Assembly (NCBI RefSeq): GCF_964204645.1
Contig: NC_134033.1
Span: forward strand, 15,136,655 to 15,200,654
DNA from: Tubulanus polymorphus
Taxonomy: Eukaryota > Animalia > Nemertea
DNA: 64,000 nucleotides
Direction of reading: 5' to 3'
In this document: one piece after another, positions 49,442-63,487 of the stretch
Position numbering within the stretch: the stretch's first letter is position 1
Layout: each line of letters begins with the position of its first letter
Translations under genes and position numbers: made by a program
The notes under the pieces: generated by a model
What the model saw: only the letters and a program-made list of their open reading frames with translations
Database searches by the model: none
What the model was told of the DNA's origin: nothing

Positions 49442-50699
49442 TTGGGTTGTTCAATTCTCTGATATATAATCATCAATGATTTGTTTGTATTGAGGGAATA
49501 ATTTACTGTTGTGTGATTTGAATGAATGAAAGTCTTAAGGGAAATCAGTTTTAATATCAATACATTTATGTGAATCTCGTTGTATTTACTCTCTTCAGTT
49601 CTCTACACTGGAACCGATCCCCCCGGGATTCGAATTCTAACTGTAAATTTGAAAACTTAAATTAGGTTTTGCTCGTTGTCCTCTGAGAGAGACTAATATT
49701 TCAAACTTATTACTGCAAGTTTCAAATATAGAATTATTTTCGTCGGATAATTGATCGGGTTCAAAATATTTGCAGCTCGCTGCTAGAAAATTCGATGAGC
49801 GGCTGAAATGATGAATAAGTTGCCGGATTAAAAAACGAGATGGGAGAGACAAGAGGTAGAGAGGGGTGACAGGGAGACAGGTCAGAGGAGTGAAATAGAG
49901 CCAAGAGAGGGGAGAGACAAGAGGTAGAGAGGGGTGACAGGGAGAGAGGACAGAGCAGAGAAACAGAGCAAAGAGATGGGAGAGACAAGAGGTAGAGAGG
50001 GGTGACAGAGAGGGCAGAGACAGGAGGTAGAGAGGAGAGACAGGAGAGAGGGCAGAGACAGGAGAGGGCTAAAGAGAGTGAAAGGGAAGAGGGAGAGATG
50101 GGAGTGAAAAAGTATAAAGGTGAAGGAGGGCGAGAAGAGGAAGAGAGAGGAGAGGGAGTTGAAGAGAGGAAAATGAAGGGATGTAAAGGAGGGCGTGAAG
50201 GGAGAAAGTAAGTTAAGTTGAGAGGATGTAAAGAGAGAGACCTAAATCTGACAAGTGAATTAATCGCTGTAATATATGCCGGACACGTCTGCCTGTAACT
50301 CGAGGTATCAAAATCTTCAATTCCGTACGTATCTATACGATTCCTTATCCTCCATCAACCTGATGATGTCATCATCTCTGATAAACTTCTCACTTCATAA
50401 GCGGAAAAAGTGCACAATTCTCTCTATTGACTTTCTACCATTACGGTATTTCTGCCGCTGATTCGCGGTTTCCCGGTTGCCACGGATATAACGGAATACG
50501 AATAATTAGCCACTCGATTTTACCGATTTTTCCGAATGTGTCAATTAATAATCGCGGTGCTAAAACGGGGGTGATAAATGTGTCGCCGGTCTCTCGCGCC
50601 GTGACACGTCGTCATTTAAACCACGTACGGTAGTTGAATGCGAGAGAAATCTCTGTTCGTGTCGTTAAAAACAACTCATTAATTATAGAAAGTCTTCCT

Positions 50700-51277
50700 T
50701 TTTGAAAAATGATAATGTTCGTTTCTCCTAATCGGCCAGGTCACATTTTAAAACTGCGATAAGTCATTTCTATAACTGCCGGGTCTGTAATTGTTAGCTT
50801 GATCTTGAGTTAAAAAAAGTTATGTACAGGGTGGCGGCCGGTTGGGTGAACTTTTAAGCTCAGCGGAAATGAGAGATTAGGTATTAGATTTATTCAGCCT
50901 TAGCTCTGAAAAATGAAATGATACCTTGTTTCTCCTTATCGGCTGGGTCATTTTCATAAACTGCAATAAAATTTATTAAAAATAAAGTTCATTACTGTAG
51001 CTGCTTGATCATGATTTAAAAAAAAAGAAGTCATGTACAAGGTAGAGATATAGGCGGCCGACTGGGTCAACTTTAAAGCTCGGCAGAAATGAGAAGCAGG
51101 GTATCAAGTTGTAGCCTTTTAGTTTTAAGTATTACATAAATGAAAATTTGAAAACTATATTTACCAGCTTGATGACAAAAAAAGACCATCTTTAACCCAT
51201 AAATGAATTATCAAACCTAGTCATTGTACAGGTTAGATAGGCGACCGGCCGGGTCAACTAAAATAAGAAACAAGGTG
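50700..51277. mobile_element. Three tandem copies of the 13879-14100 MITE family
   Basis: Recurring ttgtttctcc...ggccgggtcaac...gagaaacaagg motifs. Confidence 0.75.
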
Positions 51278-51281
51278 TTAA

Positions 51282-51568
51282 CCCATTCAGTGCGTCTACA
51301 CCGCAGTGCGGTGTACGAATCAGTGATGGATTTTGCTAGTACACCTCACTGCAGTGTATTGATTTGATCAGTAATTACTAATTATCTCTCTTGAAAAATG
51401 GCAACACCTGTCAAACATAGTAAAATATTAGTACCTAACGATATACCGCGCAGGGTGTAGACGCACTATAGTGCTATTCCCGTTATTCAACACACTACGG
51501 TGGAATTTTTCAGAATTTTCAAATTATCTTTAGCACTATATGGTATTAATAAGTCAGCACTGAAAGGG
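51282..51568 (-). mobile_element. piggyBac-type MITE copy, reverse orientation, nested in a Harbinger-like element
   Basis: Full-length reverse complement of 1230-1512; left TTAA at 51278-51281. Confidence 0.9.
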
Positions 51569-53855
51569 CTAAATTGATTGTACATTAGTTCTGAAACATT
51601 AGAAATAGAATAATTTCAGTTATGATAGAGACAGATAGAGCAGGGCAAGAAGCAGAAGAGAGACAGGAGAGAGAGTTGGAGAGCGATCCACCTGGTTTAA
51701 TCAATCCCCAATCATCGCTTTATTTCTATTTGACGAGTGTAAATCAACGTGAACGTTCTGTCTCAATATCCTGCGCAATAACGTCTACAGAACAAACTCG
51801 ATGATAAAAACCTTTCTTTCGCATCTCGAGAGAAATAATGGACGCTTCGTGACTCGTACGACGGTAAATTTGACGTTTTATCAGTCGTTATTGTTGCGCA
51901 TAGTCGTCGCGGCGATGTATTTATGAAAAGTGTCTACTTCTATTTTCCGTGCTTTCCGCGCTTTACGATTACCCGCACGATGACTGTACGTATTATCAGG
52001 TTATCTCCGCCGCGGGGTTTTATTGGATGATTGTTTAGTTAGTACCGGCGGTATTCTGGTTACCGCGCGGTTCACGACGTCGCGAATTAAGAAATAATTC
52101 ATGCCACGAACGGTCAGGAATTACCGACTCCACTTTCATCGTCCATTAGCGGCTACTATCTCAATAACAGTGACCCGCGACGAGCCGTCTGCCGCTGAGT
52201 CTTTTTAATATCTCATGAATTTTTGATCGCTAGGGGAAACGGGTCGCATTAAGAGGGCGCAGTTCTCTACAGACGTAAAGCTCGTAAATCATCTCTTATC
52301 GATACTTTATAGAATCAAAGATAGGTTTTACAGTCAACACCCCCCTCAGGTTTTACAGTCAACACCCCCCTCGATAAATAACCCCGCCCGAAGACTGGTT
52401 TTTCAGGTAAACATCAGGGCCCGGTTCCACAGTTGTGAGTGATATAAACTACACACCTAAGTCCTCGAAAAACCAACCAGAAATCAACATCCTCCTATTT
52501 CAATTTCTCGAGTATTTCAAGTTTGAACACGACACATCTGAGCGCTCACTTCAAATCCAAGTAACTTTGGATGAATTTCGGGGGCCAAAAAGACACGATT
52601 TTGGTGGCCCACCTCTTCAAATCATATATCATATGAAAGACTCGACTATTTGCTACAAAATAAAACTAACTTGTAATGCATGGAAATAAACAGCAAATGA
52701 GCTATTCAGTATCGAGATGAACTTAGATTTTACCTCAAATTTTCTGAGGAGTAATCGACACTACATAGTGCAATTCCTGAGTGCTAATGGGTTCAACTGA
52801 TACCTAAAAAAGTTTAAATTCATAAGCTTGTATTAACTCTGTATTTCCGAAAATCAGTTGATATTTTGCGATGAGCTTTCTTTCGGGGGGTGCCCTTGTC
52901 CTATTTTCAAAAATATATATTACAGTTGAAAGAACAGGGAATAGTGTAAATATATGCAGAATAGAGGAAGTACTGATGGTTTAATGTTTCCAGGTTCAGC
53001 TGGTGTTGTAACTTTAACATTTATTATTGGCATCTGTTGGTTTTTAGTGTGATAGGTTACGTATAGGCAGACGTTCTGTAAGCCTAGTGGGGCTGATCCC
53101 TGTCAGATCTCTGGTATCGCTTACAACGAGAGAGATGAGATAAAGTCAGGCAAATTCCAAGAACAGGATTGATGAGTTAGTGGAATATAGCAGGGTGGGT
53201 TCTCCTACCTCACTTGGGTTATATCCACTTTCATGTTGTAAGTGTGGCGCCATGCATCAGGTTTGGGCTCGAGATCCTTTTACCATTTGCTTTACACAAA
53301 TACACGCCAATTTCTTGAGGTTTAAAACGGTTTTTTGATTTGGAACAGCCATTTGAATCGAATGGTTGTAGCTTGTAGCCGTTTTTCGTCAAAACCTTGT
53401 TTCCTCTTGCGGGCGATCCGATATCTATTCAAACGTTTGCTTTGTAACCACCGAAAATGCATTTCACGTAAGGAAAAAGTATTTTCATACAAAATCATTC
53501 TTTGATTTTGTTTGTTTGAATAATTGATTTTTGATTGGTTCCACCCAATATGGCAGCTAATATGATTGTACATAACCTTCGTTACCATAAGACAGCCACG
53601 ATATAGAATAATCAGGGGTAATCAATTGTTTGTAAGAGAGTACTAGGAGTTCCAGACATCTGGTGCATACGAGAACTTGACTAATTAAACCTAAGTGCTC
53701 GTTAATTCGATATCGCTATGATAGTGATTAATGATGTCATTGGGGGAATACGTAGGCGGCCATTATTAGATAACGACCCCTATCAACTTTATTCGACCTT
53801 ATCGAACTAACGTTGTTTATACTCTGTTACAGATTGTTAGGATGCATTTGAGCTG

Positions 53856-54108
53856 ATGATTGGTGTATTCAGAACTGGTGGCGGGCCTCGGTCCCGGTAC
53901 CGGGTTCTACTGATCGCGGTCTTCATTGCCGTGGCAACTGCGTCGTCTTCCACCGCCGCCGCCAACAATGGACACCACGGAAACGCAACGAACAACGAGA
54001 CGGCTCATCCACACGTCGGTATCCACGTGGCGGCGTGGAATTTCGATTACGTTGCCACACCTCTGATGATGGCTCTGTTTATATTCGTCGTCGCGCTCAG
54101 TAAAATAG
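53856..54108 (+). CDS. Na+/H+ exchanger (SLC9A/NHE, plasma-membrane type), first coding exon (exon starts 53833)
   Basis: Hydrophobic N-terminus, N-glycosylation sequons, then WNFDYVATPLMMALFIFVVALSKI, typical of NHE TM1; ttacag acceptor, gtaaga donor, phase 1. Confidence 0.9.
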
Positions 54109-54721
54109 GTAAGAAACATTTTGGAATTTTAGAAATTCCCTAAAATGTAAAATATTTATCGCTAACAGTGATCGCACAGAGACGATTTGACCCCTGTATA
54201 AACAGTTGGCCCGGGCTTAACCTAGCTATCTGTCAAGGGTGAAGTATGGCCCAAAAGGAGGCGTGTATGATCTTGACTTTTAAGTTAACTGGCAGATGCC
54301 ATAGTGACAATTGAAAATTCAACCAACTTTTTAGCAACTGGCCCCTGGAAGGGAACTAAGAAAAAAACGGTAAGGGTTTATGGGCAAGCGACTTCCCTGC
54401 CTACTTCGGAATGTTCGGGTTCTATTCCGCATTACTAAATTTGCCCATTAAGTTCCGGTAGTTCTGTAGTTTAATCCAAGTCACATTGAATAACAACCTG
54501 TAAAGTGATGTAGATTTATAGCTATTACGTTCATGCTCATTTTAAAGAATACGTTAAAGGAGCGTATGTATGTATATAAATCACTGGTAACACCTGGTAT
54601 CGAGTTTGTCTTTACTCGCACCAGTTTTACTAGTCATAACACGCTGCTGCCATACTGACTTACAGATACATCAGTATTGATATTCAATATATTCTGTTGT
54701 ATTCCGGGTTGTAATTATTTC

Positions 54722-54791
<70 letters not shown>

Positions 54792-55013
54792 TCTCCCTCT
54801 CTCCCTCTCTCCCTCTCTCCCTCTCTCCCTCTCTCCCTCTCTCCCTCTCTCCCTCTCTCCCTCTCCCTCTCTCCCTCTCTCCCTCTCTCCCTCTCTCCCT
54901 CTCTCCCTCTCTCCCTCTCTCCCTCTCTCCCTCTCTCCCTCTCTCCCTCTCTCCCTCTCTCCCTTTCTCTCTCCCTCCCTCTCCCTCTCTCCCTCTCCCT
55001 CTCCCTCTCTCTC
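54722..55013. repeat. (CT)n / (CTCTCTCC)n-type microsatellite
   Basis: Direct inspection. Confidence 0.97.
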
Positions 55014-58000
55014 TGTCTCGCGCATCTGAGTGGACCGTCTAATGACTTCCAATAACTCTATATGTCTCCCTGATGAAGTCACATGATAGTCAACTACTTC
55101 ATCTGTTCCAATATCCTAAAGCTCTTTCCCTTCTCATGAATGAGCTGTCTTAATTAGTTCACCAAACAGCCACTGGGTGCTCTGCAGTCGTATTCATAGA
55201 CTTACAAACTTTGTTGGCTGCTTACCCATCGGCCCATTCCATAGTGGGGACTCAAGTCCAAAAGTAATCTCGAATATTGAGACTGGTCTTATGAACTTAA
55301 AACCAGTCTTAATATTCAAGATTTTAAATGGCTTCTGATTAACTGTCATGTCATGTGTTACTGATTAACATATTCAAATTGCATGGGTCATGTGATCTAA
55401 TTCGACCAATGAAGGAACTGCCACACTTTTAAACCAATCAATGAGTTCGATTAAGATCACGTGATCTGACCAATCATTGGCTGTAAATGCAGGTCATGTG
55501 ATCTAATTCGACCGATGAAGGGACTGCTACGCTTAATAACCAATCAATGAATTCGATTAAGATCGCGTGATCCGACCAATCAGTGGCTGCGAATGAGGGT
55601 CACGTGATCTCTGACCGGCGTGCTGATTTTGATTAGTTGTCACTCGGGGATTGAATTGTAAATAACTCCACCATAGATAACTTTGATAATCATGAACGAT
55701 AATGGTTTCGTGCCGGTGTAATATAGACACTGTGTGACAGATATAACTATTATTTCATTCTGTTATCATCAGTCGCGGAAATAATTAAATGAATTTCAGC
55801 TTGTCAGATCAATCATTCTAATTCGCATTCGCTGTGATTTAAACAACTGCCGCTGGTGGCTTTCAGTTACAAATCTCGTATTACGGTAACAGCGATGATG
55901 AGTGTCATTCAACCGACTGTTGAATATTACCAGGCCCCGGTTTAGATTTCACCCGGTTTATGTAAGGGCTAAAAGATCTATAACATTTGAGGCTGATTTT
56001 TTACGTGGGTCCTCGGTCCAGTTTGACAGTCGTGACGAAATTGGTCTTTGTTACGGCGCGATACTAACAATATAGGGTCCTGTATCCTGAGAGGATATGG
56101 TACATTCTAGAATTAGATAAACAGGGTGTACAAATTAACCTGAAAATCAGGGAAAGTCGGGGAATTTTCTTTTCTTTAAAAAAAGTCAGGAAATCGGAAA
56201 ATTGTTCAGATCAGATCACTGGTACAATCAAACAGTTTTCATCTATGTCTTACGTTTTTGACTGCGTGACAAATTGATTAAGCGGACTAAGTCAGGGAGA
56301 ACAACGTTCATGTCAGCGAATAGTCAGAGAAAATGCAAGTCAAATAAAAGTGACCACTCGGGCTTGACGCCCTGGTTATAACTCTATCAGTCGTTACGCT
56401 CATTGAATATTCATGAAAATGCGTCTGTGAAATTCTACTTACTGTCCAGCGCTCACTCGACATGCTCTCAAGTTCTCACCCCCTCCCCCCCCCGAGGGTA
56501 TCTTTTATAAGTACCTAATTGATTTAGTAGCTGGCGGAGTTTTCTTTAAAAAAAAAGACCGCGATCATTTTATCGAGACGTCGACCGATGAAACGTGATA
56601 TTTCGGTTAAATCGTCGGATTTTCGCGGGAATTTTTTTTCCCGCTCCGTCGACAAATGAGGGTAATATATCTGATCGAGTTTCAGCCCCGGTTCTGGAGA
56701 TTGAAAATGAATTTAGAGAATTCTCGCATTCGAGAGAAATTCTTGAGATCTTTATCGATTTTTTTCCCCGTCTGTTGAAATGTTCATAATTACGTTGTTA
56801 TCTGTCGTCGATGGCAACCATTTGCCGTGCCCGCGTAATGTTATCATTTCGAGCAGACGCCTTGAGGGACGACGCGGGTTTTATGGTTACGTAATCGAAA
56901 AGTGTCGATTTAACTCCTCGCCGGTGACTAGATCGCCGTGGAAACTAACTGTTGACATTGTTGCGCATGTTGTGACAAGAATCGAATTCAAATTTCAAAC
57001 TCGATGAATTCAGATTTTTCAACTGAATTATTCATTTATACCTAAGCGCATTCTCAAAAATATGCATAATTCTGAATGTTATCCCTGGGGATAAAACCAA
57101 CATTACTAAACCTGGACTCAGCTGTTTATAGATTGGGTTTCAAAGTAATATTTAACCTTGTCCTGTGGGAATGAATCTTTTCCTTAGGGATAAATCCTTA
57201 ATTTGGGCCTGGTATTAGGTTTATAGACTGGATATCAGTTATCTGAGTGGATAAATCTTTAAACTGGGTCTGGTTTTATAGACTGGATATCAAAGCTATC
57301 CTCGGGTCCGAATCCTTATCCTGACCTGGTTTTATAGACTGGATAGCAAAGCTATCCTTAGGTCTGAATCCTTATCCTGGTTTTAGTAGACTGGGTATCA
57401 AAGCTATCCTTATGGATAAGTCTTTACCCCAGACCCAATTGACTGGGTATGAAAGTTATCCTTACGGATAAATCCTTAACCTTGCCCTGGTATTATTTCG
57501 TTGTAACTGATCGTGGTTATGAACCCATCGATTGAGGTTGTGTTTGTTCTAATTTCGACCAGATTTTCTCAAGACGCTCTCTCTATACGACAGAAATTGT
57601 CTCACGCGATTTTCTTACGCGCGGAAATGAAATCAGTCGAGTGTGACAAATTCTTTTTTACGAGAAATTCATTTCATCAAACCTCGGAATTTATTCTCGC
57701 AAAAAAGTTCAACGAGCTCGGTGTTGATATTAGACCCTCTGGGAACGGTCTGTTTTTGTGTCAGTTCAGGAATTGTTTCAAGACGTGTGTCTTTACCCTT
57801 TACGAAGCAAAACAGAGGAAATTCACCTTTTCCCAAATAACCCCAATAAGGGCAATTTTAGTTTAGATGTTTTCAATGGCTTTGGAAAAGTTTTTATTTT
57901 TTGTAAAGGGGACAGTGTTAAGTTCAATGGCTTTAATTAAAGAAATAATGAACATTTATGAAGACAGACTAAGAGAATAGTGACGTTTAGACTCAATTCT

Positions 58001-58212
58001 AAACTTACGAAACTTTTCAGTTTTGAAAATGGCTAGAATTGAGTCAGATCATGGCTTATCTCTAAGTTTTCTCTACAGAAAACAATTCAGGGATTTGGGT
58101 TTTTTGGTGGCTTTTATCTTGAAAATTTGTACAGTATTTGTATGTACCTCCTGCCCCCCTGTATCCTATAATTACCGAATCTTACAACTGATTTCTATTA
58201 ATCTCATTTCAG

Positions 58213-58258
58213 CGTATCACCATGCTAATTTTCTATCCAGTTGGATTCCTGAGTCGTG
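58213..58258 (+). CDS. NHE exon (A)YHHANFLSSWIPES(C)
   Basis: 46 nt, atttcag/gtaagt, phase 1-2; PES motif of NHEs. Confidence 0.9.
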
Positions 58259-58287
58259 GTAAGTACTCGATAAATGGGAAAACTTTT

Positions 58288-58522
58288 CAGGGGCGGATCT
58301 ACGATTTCTTCAAACGGGGTGCAGAAAAAAGGGCAACTATGTATACTCCATAGGCTCCGTGCTCCCAGAACACAGAAACTTTGAAACTAGACTTGTTCTA
58401 GCGACTTTACAGATCATCTGATCTCATTATTACATTCATTATCTACGTTATGGTTACTCTCAAACCATAGACGTTATGGTAAAATTTTAGGGTGGCATAC
58501 ATCCCCTCTGGATCTGCCCCTG
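58288..58522. mobile_element. hAT-like MITE (caggggcggatc ends); related copy at ~38065-38290
   Basis: TIR caggggcggatc / gatctgcccctg. Confidence 0.65.
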
Positions 58523-58562
58523 TATAACGATTAAGAGAAGTGACGGAGCTCAGACGTTACGC

Positions 58563-58635
58563 GCACTAACCGGGGAACGACCCTGGGTCTCCAACGTAGA
58601 AAGCAAGTGTGCTAACCAGTAGACCGAACTAGTCC
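58563..58635 (-). pseudogene. tRNA-derived element (SINE head or tRNA pseudogene; Glu/Gly-like)
   Basis: ggactagttcggtctactggttagcacacttgctttctacgttggagacccagggtcgttccccggttagtgc: A-box-like and degenerate B-box, partial acceptor stem, imperfect anticodon stem. Confidence 0.6.
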
Positions 58636-59937
58636 ACTTGGTCAGTGGTTATGTACAGCTTGTCCTATAAGCCTAACACCTGTTTTTCCAACTCTAATTT
58701 TCATTTCAAGCGCGTGATTTATGCGATCTTGACTTCATAAAAATTTTATGTAATCATCTGTAATTATCGAAATCAATTTGATGTCTATAAATTCTGTATG
58801 AATATTCACAAATATGACGTCTGCCTCAGGTGGGGAAGCGCGATGTATGATCTCCAGCGCGCTGTGAGGTCTGTCAGCTCGTGTTTCTACCTCGTCCGCA
58901 TTGATTAACTTCGTGTCTCTCTCTCGTTCGTGTAATTAGCGCCGGCAGAATTAATTAGTTTAGTATCTCACCGCTCGAGGGAGCTGTCATCGGGCGACTC
59001 GACCCTTAATTATTTCCTCATACCTCCGACCGACCGCTAATTTCGATAAAGCTGTTAGTTAACCACGACTGAGATGGATGGTCCCTGGTTGCCCACCCTC
59101 TGACTGTGTACTTGTAACAGATAGCTATTATCATCCAGGCACGAGTGTTTTTAGCTCAAGGCTCGCCGAATCATATGTACATAAAAAGCCAACAATATTG
59201 ATGATTCGTAACTGCTATTTCTTATGTACCTATTTAAGAAATAACAGCAATTTTTAGAGAAACCCACGATATCAATTAAAATAACTGTTATTGTTTTTTT
59301 CTACCATCGGAAACATGAGGATAAGAAATAATAGCAGTTGTTTAAATTGATAATGTGGGTTTCACTCAATGATATTCATCAACACTGGAAATAGTCTCAA
59401 CCGGGGACAATTTTCCATTCTGAAACTAATAATATAAGCAACTGTCATCTGTCCAAGAGTTTGGCTTATTCGCTTAATTGTCACTTAAGTGCCTGGAAAT
59501 TGCACTGAATGTTCAAATTATTCCGGGACCTGTCCCATTTTGGCTTCAGACCACTACTCAGGGAGGAGACACCCTTTTAAACCAGTAAGTCCTTCTTTTC
59601 ATTTGTTTATGGTGGTCCCGAAATTCCGCCCCTCAGTGAAACTATTACCAATCAGGAGATGACCGGATGGCTCCATTCCGGCGACGTGGTTTAGTTGTCG
59701 AGTGGAGCCGCGCAGTTCAAGAAGACGCACGTTCGACATGGTATCTAAGCGATTAGATAGACCACCCGTCTAGGCTCAGAATTCTACAGGCAGCCGGTCT
59801 ATTAACTAATTGCCCAGGCATTCTCGACAATACCTCCACTATGACTTCATTTCATTTCTACTCTGACAACTATCCGGCGGCTCTGTGGCTGTTGTAATAG
59901 AATTCAGCCCTTGGATCTGCCCTCAACCAGAAATCAG

Positions 59938-60266
59938 TGACACCAACCAACAATACTTCTACCCATCTTCAGACACCAACATGTTCCGGGTAGAACACTT
60001 CTACCAATCTTTAGACACCAACATGTTCCGGGTAGAATACTTCTACCCATCTTCAGACACCAACATGTTTTGGGTAGAATACTTCTACCCATCTTCAGAC
60101 AACAACATGTTTTGGGTAGAATACTTCTACCCATATTTAGACACCAACATGTTTTAGGTATAATACTTCTACCCATATTTAGACACCAACATGTTTTGGG
60201 TAGAATACTTCTACCCATATTTAGACACCAACATGTTCCAGGTAGAATACTTCCAACCATCTTTAG
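59938..60266. repeat. 42-bp minisatellite, ~8 copies, with an internal hairpin
   Basis: ccaacatgttccgggtagaatacttctacccatcttcagaca; gggtagaa/ttctaccc stem. Confidence 0.95.
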
Positions 60267-61954
60267 AGATTTGAAAAATGTCAGCTCTGCTCTACTACTT
60301 TTCAGTTATCAACCTTCAATATCGCAAGTTTTTCGTATAAACGTCATCAACTGTAACAAAAATTCATTCTGACTGTGACTATAGTCATAATTCAATAGTC
60401 GACGATTGCATTTAACGATTTATTTCGTCATTTTGATCTATGAATTTCATCATCATTATGGTATTTGGATAGGTATATATGAATCTAAATGTTTACAGAT
60501 TAATTAGGTTAATATACGTTAATCTACAATTAATCGCGAGTCTTTCACCTATACTGCACAGAACACGACTATGGTTTAAATTCATTTCTCGCTGAATAGC
60601 TGAATAATAAACGTTGCAATTTTTCATTTCTGGTGAATGAACAAATATAGAACGTAGTTGATTAGAATACTGCGGGACAATCTCCTGCACTGTTTACTTT
60701 ACTGAAATATGGCTTATTTTATCATTACACATGATTGATCCCGGTGGATGTGACTGTGTTTCTCACTGATTGACGAATGACGTTCCTAATGTGTTTTCTC
60801 TTTTTCGGTTTATTTGCTATTTATACTTTGTTAATGATGTTTCTATAGTGACTTTACAATAAGTTGATACGATATTCAGATTCCGCTCACCTCTTTCCCG
60901 CATTACCCCTCTCTCAGGCCCTCTCTTCCCTCTTCCTCTCTCCCATTACCTCTTGCCTCTCTCATTCTCTCTCTATTGTTACCTCTCAGTCTTTCTTCCT
61001 CCCTTGCTCGTCCTGTCCTCTCTGCTCACCTCTCCTCTCCTCCTGTCCTCTTCTCTCCTTCCTCTCTTGTCCGCTCAGATCCCCTCCTCTCCCCAGGTCT
61101 TCTTTCCTCTCTTCTTCCTCTCTCCTCAACTTCTCTCCTTCCTCCGTCCCCTCTCCTGCCCTCCCGCTCTTCCACCCTCTTCTTTATCTGATACCCGACC
61201 TCACAATCTTCCTTTCTCTTTCATTTCCTATTACAACATCCTTCACTAGAATCTATGCATATTTCTACATATATTTGATCGAATCCACTTGAATGCCATT
61301 GATTGCTGCAACGGCAAACAACAGTTCATAGATAATGAGTCTAGACTTGTATATTGAATTCTTCTGTCAGATGCCTATGAAGCAGAGCTAGGCCTAACTC
61401 CGGTGATAACTAGATTACAAAATCTATTCCGCACTTTTCTCGACGGTTTTCAGAGACCAATCCTGTTTTCAACTCCCTGGTGGACATTATAGATGTATAT
61501 CCACTGATTTTTATATCAGATGGACGGACATTGATTTATATTGTATTAATATTCCATCTACCGGTGTTTTCGTCTCTTGTTATTAACTACATGACCTGAC
61601 ACATGTCTCCACTGAGTTCATCAACGTCGCTTTATCTTATGAATATACCGGGAGCGTCCGACTTGTTCGTACAAATGTCTATATGAATTTTTCATTTTTT
61701 TTCTGATTCTGTAGTCAGTGATTTGTCTCGCCAGAACTTATGAATATATCGATACTTAATCAACCATACCTTCCGAATAGATCCTCAATTCAGCATTATT
61801 CGGTCTGGTGAACACCTTCCCCGCAGGGAATCCTCAATTCTGATGAAGATCATCCTCGGGAATCCTTGATTTGATTGGGTGAACGCCTTCCTCTGAGCAT
61901 CCTCAATTCTGATGAAGGCCTTCCCAAAGATATCATTTCTGCTAAAAATCATCC

Positions 61955-62225
61955 CCAGGGCCACAGTTGAACAGTTGTGACTTATGTCCAGTTCTTAAGT
62001 GTCTTAAATCTTGAGGCTGGTCGTAAGTTGTTAAATTGGTTTAAGATCATCTTAGACTGGTCTTTAATCTAAGCCATGATGACTGGCCCCTGGGTACAGC
62101 TATGGCTTAGATTGAAGACTAGTCTAAGACCATCTTGGTTCTATAACCAATCGGACAACTTAAGATCTGTCTTAAGATTTATGACCACTTTTTGGACTTC
62201 AGTCTCAACTCTGGTACTGGGTCCA
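61955..62225. mobile_element. Two adjacent copies of a ccaggg..ccctgg-ended repeat family, also at ~2670-2852
   Basis: Shared ttaaga..ggtcttaa / agactagtc / tagaacca motifs with 2670-2852 and 46470-46740. Confidence 0.6.
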
Positions 62226-63155
62226 TAAATCGTTCGTATATCTTGACATTTGATTGGTCAGTTCCATTATTGTCTCTCAATAAATATGTCCATACCCTCG
62301 TCAGAGCAGCAGCAGCAGGAGCGCGAAGCGAGCAGTTTCTGACACGTCCCAATCAGGGAGCTGTTTGTGATGCTGTAACTGTTGTTTATGTGTCGTCTTG
62401 TTTCCTGTCCGTGCTTGCGATAAAAGAAGAGATGGATAATATAACAGATATCGAGATAGATAGAAGAATGGCCTTTATACGCTCGGACATCAAGAACAGA
62501 TAATACCCACTGTATGCAAATTTGAAATGATAAAAAACGAAATTTACGGTTGGTTCAAAATAAACTTGGTGTTCATCAAGAATTAAAATCAGAATTTAAA
62601 AGACATGTACTTCATTACTCATACAGGGTGAAACCACTGACCTGGAAAATCTGAAAAATCTAGAAGAAAATCAATGACAATTTGACAAATTTTACCAAAA
62701 ACCTATCAATACGTAATTCAATTAAAAATGAATGAATTGTAACAATTTAAAGCAAGAAATTTCTCAGATTCGTTCAGGGGCAATTTTGGAAATTCTGGTA
62801 TTTGTAAATGGCCGGAAAGTGGCAACCTTATCATAAGATCCCAAGTACCTACCTCAGAAGGAATATACTCAAATTTACTCAATTAACTTTCTAAGTTCCT
62901 CCTGTATACGATGATCTCTAGAGCCTGAAAATGCCGTGCTTTAATTATGATTTCAATTTTTGATAAATAAATTCTGGTTTCAGTCTTATACATTTGCATA
63001 TAGCCGCTTTTGATCTTATTCGATATTCAGATATCTCGTATCTTCTGTATCTCGGTGTATCACTGAATATCTCGCTCGAGTTTCGATATAACCGATCATG
63101 ATATCTCGATTAATCTCTCCGCTCTTCTGTATATAAAGATCTAGTTGATTAATGA

Positions 63156-63169
63156 GCGCCCCCTGGTGA
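63156..63169 (-). promoter_or_regulatory. CTCF-like motif in an NHE intron
   Basis: tcaccagggggcgc on the minus strand. Confidence 0.45.
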
Positions 63170-63445
63170 CCTTTCGTCGAGACAATTCAATTATTCGTAT
63201 TTAATCTTGAAAAATGGCCGCGCTGCAATCTATCAACCGCTAATCTTCCCCGAGATACAGGTCCATTACATCTATTTAAAAAAAGCCGTATATTTGTCTC
63301 GCCAGACGTCGGGGAAGGAAGCGCGAGGCTTTATTTGTCTGGCTGTAATGATATTAGTTTCACTGATGGGTTTCTGATGCAGATAAGAATTTCTCTTATT
63401 GCTAAACAAACAGTTGATTTCTATTCATGATTTTTTATATTTCAG

Positions 63446-63487
63446 TCTATTGATCGTACTCGGCACCGTAGTTGGCCTCATATTCTT
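63446..63487 (+). CDS. NHE exon (C)LLIVLGTVVGLIF
   Basis: 42 nt, atttcag/gtaagt, phase 2-2; completes PESCLLIVLG. Confidence 0.9.

Noticed and set aside
58563-58635. Functional tRNA gene
   Set aside because: B-box and anticodon stem are degenerate; treated as a SINE head or pseudogene
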